A stretch of DNA of 64,000 bases. Origin: Gammaproteobacteria bacterium (GTDB lineage: Bacteria > Pseudomonadota > Gammaproteobacteria > JABABF01 > JAHRAO01). Positions 46,557 through 54,817 of this stretch are shown piece by piece. Below the pieces are notes generated by a model, which was not told the DNA's origin, made no database searches, and saw nothing but the letters and a program-made list of their open reading frames with translations. Location of the stretch: positions 8,603 through 72,602 of the forward strand of contig JAHRAO010000031.1 in the NCBI GenBank assembly GCA_020027215.1, read 5' to 3'. The translations under genes and the position numbers were made by a program. The stretch's first letter is position 1; the number at the start of each line of letters is the position of its first letter.

Positions 46557-48157
46557 ATGCACCTCAGAAAAGAAATATCTCCAATGCCGTTTGGCTGATG
46601 GTGTTGGGGGTGTTGGTCGTGGCATTGCTGACGGTAACTCGTTTGCGTTTGCCGTCTACTGCATTGGATATGATCCTCATCGATAGCGACAATATTACTC
46701 AAGATGTGCGCGCACAGCGTTTTGATGCACTCATTGCCGAGCATGCCAGTGCGCTTAAAAATTGGGCGGATTACAGCGAATCTTTAGCTGTGCGCGATCG
46801 TGCGGTGCAAATATCATCTCTGTGGATGGATCGTTGCGAGGTGACCCAAGGTGATTTTTATCGTTTTGTCAGCTGGGTTGCGCGCCAACCACCGCCCATC
46901 ATGGCACATCTACCGGAGCAACAACCGCGCCATTGGCAGTATCGCAGTAGTTCACATCGTCATCGCATTTCTGGGAGGCTGAGTGCCCCCGCTAATGGCA
47001 TTACTTATTACGATGCGCGCGGTTATTGTCATTTTGCGGGCGGGCGATTACCGACTGCGGAAGAATGGATTGTGGCGGCGTCTCCAAATGGACAATTATA
47101 TCCATGGGGTGATGAATTTAATAGCGCTGCGTGGCCTTACTTGAAACCTCGCTTAAATGCTGCACAAAAATGCCAAACCCACGCGTATGCTCGCTCGCGC
47201 TGGGGAGTGAGTGATATGGCGAATAATGTTGCCGAATGGAGTGAAGGATGGCTCACGGCACAGAATAAACAACCACTAGTGCATGGTGGCGATGGTTATC
47301 GCCAACCGGCAGCGGTGCATGCTTTGAGTATGCTCTACCAATCCCCATCGCCGACATCGCGATCTCCTTATATAGGTTTTCGCTGTGTGTATGACTCCCC
47401 ACCGTCCCCTGCTCCGTGGAGAACAATTCCGCAAACCCAAAGCATTCTCTCTGGAAATTATCAAATTGGGGTGCCCGAGCAATCCATCATGGCGAGTGTG
47501 GTGGCAAATTTGCCGCACTCACAATTGGCACAAGTAAGCCAATTAGTGGAGAGCCAACAGGAAAAAGAGGGCACGAGCGATCGACTCTATTTTAATGTTT
47601 CAGCATGCGAAATTACGCGCCGCCACTACAAATGGTTTCTCCGCGATCCTTTAGTGCATCTTAAATTATACGCCGACAAAACCGAACCACAAGGATGGGA
47701 TTACCATCCGCATGACTGGCAGCGACAATTAACCCACCCCGATTTGCCCGTGACAGGGGTAGATTGGTGGTCGGCGCGCGCTTTTGCGCGCTGGATCGGC
47801 GGGCGATTGCCCTCGGCGGTGGAGTGGAGTGTCATTTACTTGCGCCATCAACTGACCTATCCGTGGGGAAACAAATACGATCCGGCACTGGCGGTCACCG
47901 GCGATAGGAAAGATGCCCTCCCACTACATTGCGGCGATATGGAAAACGATCGGATTGATGGAGTCAAAGATTTAGGAGGCAATGTCTCTGAATGGACAAG
48001 TAGTATTACTCCGCATCATGGCGGTTATGCGATGGTGATTAAAGGGGGGAGCTATTTGCTTCCTGGCAAAGACACCGCGCGCATTGATCATAATCGCTTA
48101 GCCCCCCCATCGTACCGCTCCCCGGGCGTCGGTTTTCGTGTTGTGATTGACCCGTAG
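46553..48157 (+). CDS. membrane-anchored protein with two FGE-sulfatase/SUMF1-family domains (component D, 534 aa)
   Basis: ATGA overlap with component C; the tracked ORF start at 46457 was rejected. Signal anchor VWLMVLGVLVVALLTV. Domain 1: GGRLPTAEEWIVAAS..YPWGDEF..MANNVAEWSEGW..YIGFRCVYD. Domain 2: GGRLPSAVEWSVIY..YPWGNKYD..LGGNVSEWTSS..GVGFRVVID. Confidence 0.8.
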   Translation: MNAPQKRNISNAVWLMVLGVLVVALLTVTRLRLPSTALDMILIDSDNITQDVRAQRFDALIAEHASALKNWADYSESLAVRDRAVQISSLWMDRCEVTQGDFYRFVSWVARQPPPIMAHLPEQQPRHWQYRSSSHRHRISGRLSAPANGITYYDARGYCHFAGGRLPTAEEWIVAASPNGQLYPWGDEFNSAAWPYLKPRLNAAQKCQTHAYARSRWGVSDMANNVAEWSEGWLTAQNKQPLVHGGDGYRQPAAVHALSMLYQSPSPTSRSPYIGFRCVYDSPPSPAPWRTIPQTQSILSGNYQIGVPEQSIMASVVANLPHSQLAQVSQLVESQQEKEGTSDRLYFNVSACEITRRHYKWFLRDPLVHLKLYADKTEPQGWDYHPHDWQRQLTHPDLPVTGVDWWSARAFARWIGGRLPSAVEWSVIYLRHQLTYPWGNKYDPALAVTGDRKDALPLHCGDMENDRIDGVKDLGGNVSEWTSSITPHHGGYAMVIKGGSYLLPGKDTARIDHNRLAPPSYRSPGVGFRVVIDP

Positions 48158-48202
48158 GAACATATCGCACAATGGAGATGCTGCGATTGTTTGCGCTTCT
48201 TC

Positions 48203-48889
48203 CTACAATGAAGTCATTGTTGTGCTGGGTGATGAGGGTAATTTCGCCAGCGAACCTACTTTTTCACGAAGCCCTTTTTGGTACATTTCTTGGCTCGCTT
48301 TTTCTTCACCCATATATTGCAGTAATTGCGCTAATTCGGCATAGACTGTCACAATAGGGTGAAAGCTCAAACTTGATTGCAGATAATCACGCGCTTTTCC
48401 CCACAGATGGTTTTGTAGGCACAGGCGACCTAAACAGAGCAGAACATGCGGGTCTTCGGGGTATTTTTCCAACCATTTTTCCGCTTTGGCTAAGTGTTTT
48501 TTCGGGTGATCTTTTTGCGCTAGACCATACCACTCTAATAGTATGGGCTCTACTTGGTGTTGCATTGTTTTATATACTTGTCGCTCTAAAAGATGGTAGT
48601 TGCCTTGCTCAATTTGTTGTTTAATTTTTTCTAATTGCCGCGCCGATTTATCAACTGTTTTTTTGGCGGTTCGCGGCAATTTTTTGCGATGGATTAAGCG
48701 GGTAATGCCGTAGGTGATTGCGCTAAACAGAAGCGTCCATAGGATAAAAATGATTCCGAGAAACCATAGCCCGCTTTCTACTTGTATCTGGCGATAAACG
48801 ATCAAAACATAACCGGAATCGCGAGCAATGGTATCAACCAACCATGCTAGAGAGGCTAAAATAATGAGCAGGGTAAGCCAAAAACGCAT
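48203..48889 (-). CDS. hemY: HemY-like protein (short form, 228 aa)
   Basis: N-terminal two-TM HemY_N-like region (MRFWLTLLIILASLAWLV..GYVLIVY...VESGLWFLGIIFILW) and TPR-like C-terminus. It follows hemX. Confidence 0.7.
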   Translation of the reverse strand: MRFWLTLLIILASLAWLVDTIARDSGYVLIVYRQIQVESGLWFLGIIFILWTLLFSAITYGITRLIHRKKLPRTAKKTVDKSARQLEKIKQQIEQGNYHLLERQVYKTMQHQVEPILLEWYGLAQKDHPKKHLAKAEKWLEKYPEDPHVLLCLGRLCLQNHLWGKARDYLQSSLSFHPIVTVYAELAQLLQYMGEEKASQEMYQKGLREKVGSLAKLPSSPSTTMTSL

Positions 48890-48890
48890 C

Positions 48891-49880
48891 TTATGGATTT
48901 GCGAGCTTATTTTCAGTGCGGATTAAAGAGAGTGCGCGGTCAATTTTGACTAGAGGGGTGTCCAAAGTGTATTTGAGTAAGGTGTCTAATTCCGCGACAA
49001 AACTATCTTTTTGTGCGCTATCTAAAGAGTAGGTGCTGAGCCACTTTTTTGCTTCTTTGATATTCTGGCGAAATATTTTTTCGTGCCCAGCGAGTATGGA
49101 GAGTTGAGCATTGCTCAAAGTCAAGGTTAAATTCTGCCGTAAAAAGACATCTTGATCGGGTTCAATGAGCGCTGGGTCACTATGGAGGCGCCGAATGCGC
49201 ACTAAACCGACTAATGCATCCATCCGCTCGCCAAACCAGTTTTGACTCGCTGAAGGTGAAGATGTGCGTAATTGTTGTTGCTGTGCTAAATGCTCGCTGG
49301 TGTGTGTGGGCAAGTGTTCAATGTGCCCGATCAATGCTTCTAGAGAGGTAAAAATACCGTCTATATCGGGTGGCGTAAAGGATTGTAAGGTGAGCATATC
49401 GGTACGCAATGCTGAACGAATGGGGTTGAGTATGGGGTCATGTAGTTGCGCTAACAGGTTATCGGCTAATTTGAGCAGATTTTCTGCGGCAATAGGGTCG
49501 CGATATAAAATGAGGTTTCGATTGGCTTGTAGGAGTAATTGTTCAATTTGCTGGCGTTTCCACGTTTGGGCGGCGTGTCCTGAAATGGCGATAATTTTCT
49601 GATTTTGTTGCTGTTGTATGTCCGAGAGGAGAGCAAAATCATCCCGTTGGCGCTGTATCTGTAAGGATGTTTTTTCTAAATCTACCGTCAACTGACGCAA
49701 TTGGCGGGTATGTCCAGCAATTTGCCGAGTCAGTGTATCAATCTGTTGGATTCTATTCCATTGCGTGTAAAGCACATACCCGCCGCTGCCGATAGAGACC
49801 ACTACCAGAATGAGAATGCCCATCCATACTTTGCGCCGCACAGTAGCGTGATTATTTGTTGTGTCGTTCATCGTATGCAC
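48891..49880 (-). CDS. hemX: HemX-like membrane protein
   Basis: 329 aa with one N-terminal TM and a coiled-coil periplasmic region. It lies between hemD and hemY. Confidence 0.72.
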   Translation of the reverse strand: MHTMNDTTNNHATVRRKVWMGILILVVVSIGSGGYVLYTQWNRIQQIDTLTRQIAGHTRQLRQLTVDLEKTSLQIQRQRDDFALLSDIQQQQNQKIIAISGHAAQTWKRQQIEQLLLQANRNLILYRDPIAAENLLKLADNLLAQLHDPILNPIRSALRTDMLTLQSFTPPDIDGIFTSLEALIGHIEHLPTHTSEHLAQQQQLRTSSPSASQNWFGERMDALVGLVRIRRLHSDPALIEPDQDVFLRQNLTLTLSNAQLSILAGHEKIFRQNIKEAKKWLSTYSLDSAQKDSFVAELDTLLKYTLDTPLVKIDRALSLIRTENKLANP

Positions 49881-50631
49881 GAATTATGGTGTGTGTGATT
49901 GCCCGATTGCTTGAATCTTTTGCTAATACAATATCACAAAAGCCCTGTTCACGGGCAGCATTCAATATGCGCGGACTGGTCACACATAGCATATAATTTT
50001 TCATTTTATCCGCACTCTGTGCGGCTAAGTGCACGAGATTATTGAGTATTTCTACGCTCGTGACGGTAATGATATCAATGTGTTCTAACGCGTGCTTGAG
50101 GGAGTGGGCATGCTGTTGCGGGCATATGGTGCGATACAAAATACAGTTTGTCATTTGTAATCCACGTTGTGCTAATTCATCGGTTAAAGATCTCCCAGGG
50201 TGCGCCCCTTTGAAAACAACACCTTGCCCTGGGCATGGGTCTTGTAAAGCGGGGTGTTGTAATAATGCATCTGCCCCCTCTCCGCATAGCGGAGGGGTGG
50301 TGGGAATATGGGCTTCGTTGAGCATTTGTGCAGTAGTGGCACCTACCGCATAACTCTTAACCGACAGAGGCCAGTGCAGTTTCATCGCAGCGATCCGCTT
50401 GATTGCGAATTGTGCGGCACTGCGACTGACGAAAACCGCTATTTGATATTGAGAAATGTCCGATAAAATTGCTGTGCTTGCCGCAAAGGCATTGCCTGTC
50501 ACCGGCTCAATTATTATAGTTGGAATGGATATTGGTGTACCCCCGGCGCGGGTGATTTCATCGGCAAGCTCTGCCGCCCATGGATGAGGGCGTGTGACTA
50601 AAATGCGCGTGTTGTTGAGTCCCGCTTTCAT
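49852..50631 (-). CDS. hemD: uroporphyrinogen-III synthase
   Basis: ILVTRPHPWAAELADEITRAGGTPISIPTI... It follows hemC with a 4-nt overlap. Confidence 0.82.
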   Translation of the reverse strand: MKAGLNNTRILVTRPHPWAAELADEITRAGGTPISIPTIIIEPVTGNAFAASTAILSDISQYQIAVFVSRSAAQFAIKRIAAMKLHWPLSVKSYAVGATTAQMLNEAHIPTTPPLCGEGADALLQHPALQDPCPGQGVVFKGAHPGRSLTDELAQRGLQMTNCILYRTICPQQHAHSLKHALEHIDIITVTSVEILNNLVHLAAQSADKMKNYMLCVTSPRILNAAREQGFCDIVLAKDSSNRAITHTIIRAYDERHNK

Positions 50632-51539
50632 AAAGATAAAAGCGCAGTGGCTCCCTGCGCCAGTAGATCGTGTGCTGCTATTTCTGCCGCTTGTTTTGAG
50701 GATGGCGTGCGCGCCCGGGCGCGGTATAGACAGCCGTCTGTATTGCCCACCGCCGCATGCAGAATAATATCATCTGCTTCAATGTACGCATAAGCCGCAA
50801 TCGCCGAATAACAATTCCCGCCTAAAAGGTGCACACAGCGCCTTTCTGCGTCTGCACAACGCACACTAATATCATTGTTGAGTTCACCGAAGAGTTGTAA
50901 CCATTGTGGGTCATCACTGCGCCCCTGTACTGCGATAATGCCTTGCCCGGCGGCGGGCGGAAAAATGAGCGGGTCTAGCCAATGGGCATTGTCCGGCATA
51001 ATTTGCAGTCGTAACAACCCTGCCGCTGCTAAAATAAGCGCATCGCATTCTCCATTGTGCCATTTCTTTAAACGGGTATGAATATTGCCGCGTAGTGGGG
51101 TAGAGTACACTTGGTGACACAGGGCACTCACTAATGCTTGTCGGCGCGGGCTTGCTGTGCCGATGACTGTCCCCGGCGGTAAGCTGTTCAGCGTATTGCC
51201 GGCATGCGTGAGTAAGATATCCCGTACATCGTGGCGTGTCATGAGTGCCGCTAAACAAAGCCCAGCGGGCAAATCGTAGGGCATATCTTTGAGCGAATGC
51301 ACCGCACAATCGGCTTCGTCTTTGAGGAGCGCTTCTTCCAAAGCACTCACAAATAAACCCTTGCCCCCCAATTCGGCTAATGACCCCGATACACTATCAC
51401 CGCGCGTGGTGATGGGCACAATTTCCGTGCGCAATTGCGGTTGGATGTGGTGTAATTGCTTGACAACAAATTGTGTTTGCCACAAAGCAAGTGGACTACG
51501 ACGGGTGGCGAGCCGTAATACGGATGAGCGAGAGGGCAT
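50628..51539 (-). CDS. hemC: porphobilinogen deaminase (hydroxymethylbilane synthase)
   Basis: LRLATRRSPLALWQT..V...L......IVPITTRGD...GGKGLFV..LE.ALL...D.AVHSLKD.P....RGN..TRL. Confidence 0.92.
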   Translation of the reverse strand: MPSRSSVLRLATRRSPLALWQTQFVVKQLHHIQPQLRTEIVPITTRGDSVSGSLAELGGKGLFVSALEEALLKDEADCAVHSLKDMPYDLPAGLCLAALMTRHDVRDILLTHAGNTLNSLPPGTVIGTASPRRQALVSALCHQVYSTPLRGNIHTRLKKWHNGECDALILAAAGLLRLQIMPDNAHWLDPLIFPPAAGQGIIAVQGRSDDPQWLQLFGELNNDISVRCADAERRCVHLLGGNCYSAIAAYAYIEADDIILHAAVGNTDGCLYRARARTPSSKQAAEIAAHDLLAQGATALLSL

Positions 51540-51561
51540 ATTAGGGCATTATAATGAGTGC

Positions 51562-52950
51562 ATGACTAAAAAGAACAAACCCGCTCGTAACCAACTTTTA
51601 TCGGCACCCGCTGACCGAATGGCAACCGAATTTACCGCATCGGTAGATATTGACCGGCGGCTCTATCGTCATGATATTGCGGCTTCGTTGGTACACGCTA
51701 ATATGTTACACCGTATTGGCGTGATAGATATCAACGATCTGCATAAGATTCAGCATGGTTTGCAAGAAATATTGGCAGACATTGAGAGTGGCACCATGCA
51801 ATGGTCTACAACGTACGAAGATGTGCATATGAATATTGAAGTAGCATTGACTGAACGTATCGGCGAAGCGGGGAAAAAATTGCATACCGCCCGCTCACGC
51901 AATGACCAAGTGGTCACCGATATGCGCTTATGGTTGCGCGATGAAATTGATGAATTGTCTACTCTTTTGCACCAAGCGCAAGATGCATTGCTCAATGTTG
52001 CCGAACGCGAAGTGGATACCCTTATGCCGGGTTTGACGCACCTACAGCCTGCGCAACCGGTAAGTGCGGGGCATCATATTATGGCGTGGCATGCCATGTT
52101 AGTGCGCGATAGAGAGCGATTGGCGGATTGTCGCCGCCGCACTAATCGTTCGCCACTGGGGGCTGCGGCTTTAGCAGGAAGTAGCTATCCCGTTGATCGC
52201 CAATGGACTGCCAAAGAATTGGATTTTGAACAGGTGATAGATAATTCAATGGACGCGGTCAGCGATCGTGATTTTGTGATGGAATTTATTAGTATGGCGG
52301 CAATGCTGATGGTGCATTTGTCGCGTATTGCCGAAGAACTCATTTTATGGTCGTCACTGCCTTTTTCATTTATTGAATTGCCAGATACCATAGCAACCGG
52401 CTCTTCGATTATGCCCCAGAAAAAAAATCCAGATGTGCCGGAACTCATTCGCGGCAAATCGGCGCGAGTATTGGGCAATTTGATGTCTATTATGACCCTG
52501 ATGCGCGCACAACCGTTGACTTATAATCGCGACAATCAAGAGGACAAACAGCCTTTGTTTGATACGGTGGATACGGTAAAAAGCTGCTTGACAATTTGCA
52601 CCCACAAGATTTTCCCGCACATGCGCTTTAATCGTAATCTCACTGCGGCAATGGCGGAAAAAGGTTATACCAATGCAACCGATTTTGCCGATTATCTGGT
52701 GGGTAAAGGTCTCTCGTTTCGTGATGCTTATCAAGTGACGGGGCAGGTCGTCAAAGAAGCCTTAGCGCACAAAAAGAGCTTAGATTCATTGCCTGTGGAC
52801 CAATTGCAAAGTATCCACCCACAAATCGGAGAGGACGTTTATCAATTCTTATCACTAAAGAGTGTGGTTGCCTCGCGCGATCATATTGGCGGCACCGCTC
52901 CCGCACAAGTCCGCGCGGCGCTTGCCCGCGCCCGCCGGAACTCACCGTGA
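51562..52950 (+). CDS. argH: argininosuccinate lyase
   Basis: The in-frame ATG at 51562 gives MTKKNKPARNQ...FTASVDIDRRLYRHDIAASLVHANML...TARSRNDQV...GSSIMPQKKNPDVPEL. The 91-codon upstream extension in the track overlaps hemC and was rejected. Confidence 0.92.
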   Translation: MTKKNKPARNQLLSAPADRMATEFTASVDIDRRLYRHDIAASLVHANMLHRIGVIDINDLHKIQHGLQEILADIESGTMQWSTTYEDVHMNIEVALTERIGEAGKKLHTARSRNDQVVTDMRLWLRDEIDELSTLLHQAQDALLNVAEREVDTLMPGLTHLQPAQPVSAGHHIMAWHAMLVRDRERLADCRRRTNRSPLGAAALAGSSYPVDRQWTAKELDFEQVIDNSMDAVSDRDFVMEFISMAAMLMVHLSRIAEELILWSSLPFSFIELPDTIATGSSIMPQKKNPDVPELIRGKSARVLGNLMSIMTLMRAQPLTYNRDNQEDKQPLFDTVDTVKSCLTICTHKIFPHMRFNRNLTAAMAEKGYTNATDFADYLVGKGLSFRDAYQVTGQVVKEALAHKKSLDSLPVDQLQSIHPQIGEDVYQFLSLKSVVASRDHIGGTAPAQVRAALARARRNSP

Positions 52951-53556
52951 CTACTGGAGCATGCGTTTGAGCGCTTGTCGGATAAGGTTTTCAGTCGTTA
53001 AGGGCGTTTCGCTTTGTTGCATATCTTTTCGCACACTGGCGATGGCGCGCGCCGCTTCCCGTTCTCTATAACCGAGCTGGACGAGCGCACTTTGCGCCTC
53101 GTGGTCGGTTTTACTGATCAGTGTTGTGCGGGATGGGGAAACGGATGATTGCCAGTGAGTAAAGCTTCCGCGCAGTTCTACTACTAAGCGCTCAGCGGTC
53201 TTGCGCCCGACCCCGGGGATGGCGACTAATGACGTAATTTCTTCTTGATTGATGGCGAGCACGACATCATCGGCGCTCAAAGTGGATAACATCGCCAATG
53301 CAATTTTGGCGCCGATGCCGCTGACGGTAATTAAACGTCGGAACAAATCGCGATCGGTTTGCGATAAAAACCCGTAGAGCACATGGGCATCATCGCGTAT
53401 CACTAAATGGGTGTGTAAAGTGGTGGGGGTGCCAATATCTTTTAAGTGGGCAAATACGGGGATAGGCGCAAATATTTCGTACCCGATCCCGTTCACATCT
53501 AACACGATCAGTGGCGGGCTCTTTTTGAGTAATTTCCCGCTAATTTGCCCGATCAT
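52951..53556 (-). CDS. ruvA: Holliday junction DNA helicase subunit RuvA
   Basis: MIGQISGKLLKKSPPLIVLDVNGIGYEI...LITVSGIGAKIALAML...IPGVGRKTAERLV. Confidence 0.93.
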   Translation of the reverse strand: MIGQISGKLLKKSPPLIVLDVNGIGYEIFAPIPVFAHLKDIGTPTTLHTHLVIRDDAHVLYGFLSQTDRDLFRRLITVSGIGAKIALAMLSTLSADDVVLAINQEEITSLVAIPGVGRKTAERLVVELRGSFTHWQSSVSPSRTTLISKTDHEAQSALVQLGYREREAARAIASVRKDMQQSETPLTTENLIRQALKRMLQ

Positions 53557-54052
53557 TGCCGATAGACGCTCGTGTTAATTTATCTAATCCCTGCCGTGTA
53601 TGTGCGTGACAAATTGCCACACCCAAAGCATCGGCACTATCTTCGCTCGGTATGGAGGGGAGTGCTAATATTTTCTGTATCATATACTGAACTTGATTTT
53701 TGTCGGCGCCGCCAGTGCCGACTACGGCTTTTTTTGTTTGGCGCGCTGAATATTCGCTCATGGGTATATCATTCATTGCGCTCAATAGTAATATAATACT
53801 GCGCGCTTGTCCTAATTTCAGGGCGGCAGAAGCATTGCGTCCCATAAACACTTGCTCAATCGCCATTTCTGTCGGCTGGTACTGCTGAATAATATCGCGC
53901 ACGGCACAGTAGATACGGTGAAGGCGCTGTGCCATATCCCCTTGCCCAGAATGAATATCACCGCTCGCTATATGTTGATGGCGCTGACCGTCCCACGCAA
54001 CGACCCCATATCCAGTAATGACGCTCCCCGGATCAATGCCTAATATAATCAT
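53540..54052 (-). CDS. ruvC: crossover junction endodeoxyribonuclease RuvC
   Basis: MIILGIDPGSVITGYGVV...MAIEQVFMGRNASAALKLGQARS...EDSADALGVAICHA. Confidence 0.93.
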   Translation of the reverse strand: MIILGIDPGSVITGYGVVAWDGQRHQHIASGDIHSGQGDMAQRLHRIYCAVRDIIQQYQPTEMAIEQVFMGRNASAALKLGQARSIILLLSAMNDIPMSEYSARQTKKAVVGTGGADKNQVQYMIQKILALPSIPSEDSADALGVAICHAHTRQGLDKLTRASIGNDRAN

Positions 54053-54073
54053 TGCGGCGCTTATGGCGCAGAA

Positions 54074-54817
54074 TTATTGATTTTTATTGAGCGCAGCATC
54101 ACTCAAACCCGCGTTGTGGAATACATTTTGCACATCATCTAAATCTTCTAAATTGGTTAGTAAACGTAGTGTTTTTTCGCTATCGGCTTCATTGAGTGGT
54201 ATTGACACTTCGGTAGCCATCACGATTTCGGCAAATGCAGGTGTCAGTTCTTTCGCTTGTAAGGCTTCTAATACTTGCGGAAAACTTGCTGGGGTGGTGA
54301 TCACCGATATGGATTGATCTTCTTCAACGACCATGTCTTCGGCACCCGCGTCTAAAACAGTTTCCATAATGCGATCCTCATCGGTGCCTGGGGGAAAAGA
54401 GATCTGTCCGGTGCGCTGAAACAAATAAGATACTGACCCTTCGGTGCCCATTTTGCCACCGGCTTTAGAAAAAGAGTGGCGCACTGCGGCAACTGTGCGT
54501 TGGCGGTTATCGGTCATCGTTTCAACTAAAATGGCGATGCCCCCCGGTCCATAGCCTTCATAGGTAATTTCCTCTAAATTGTCTCCTTCGTTGCTCCCCG
54601 CTCCGCGTGCAATCGCGCGATCTATGGCATCTTGTCCCATATTCACCGCGCGTGCTTTGTCAATAGCAACCCGCAATCTCGGGTTGTCAGCGGGTTCGCC
54701 GCCTTGTCGTGCAGCAACCGTGATTTCGCGAATGACCCGCGTGAAAACTTTGCCGCGCTTGGCATCTTGCGCTGCTTTACGATGTTTGATATTAGCCCAT
54801 TTACTGTGTCCGGACAT
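54074..54817 (-). CDS. yebC: YebC/PmpR family DNA-binding regulator
   Basis: MSGHSKWANIKHRKAAQDAKRGKVFTRVIREITVAAR.GG. Confidence 0.93.
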   Translation of the reverse strand: MSGHSKWANIKHRKAAQDAKRGKVFTRVIREITVAARQGGEPADNPRLRVAIDKARAVNMGQDAIDRAIARGAGSNEGDNLEEITYEGYGPGGIAILVETMTDNRQRTVAAVRHSFSKAGGKMGTEGSVSYLFQRTGQISFPPGTDEDRIMETVLDAGAEDMVVEEDQSISVITTPASFPQVLEALQAKELTPAFAEIVMATEVSIPLNEADSEKTLRLLTNLEDLDDVQNVFHNAGLSDAALNKNQ

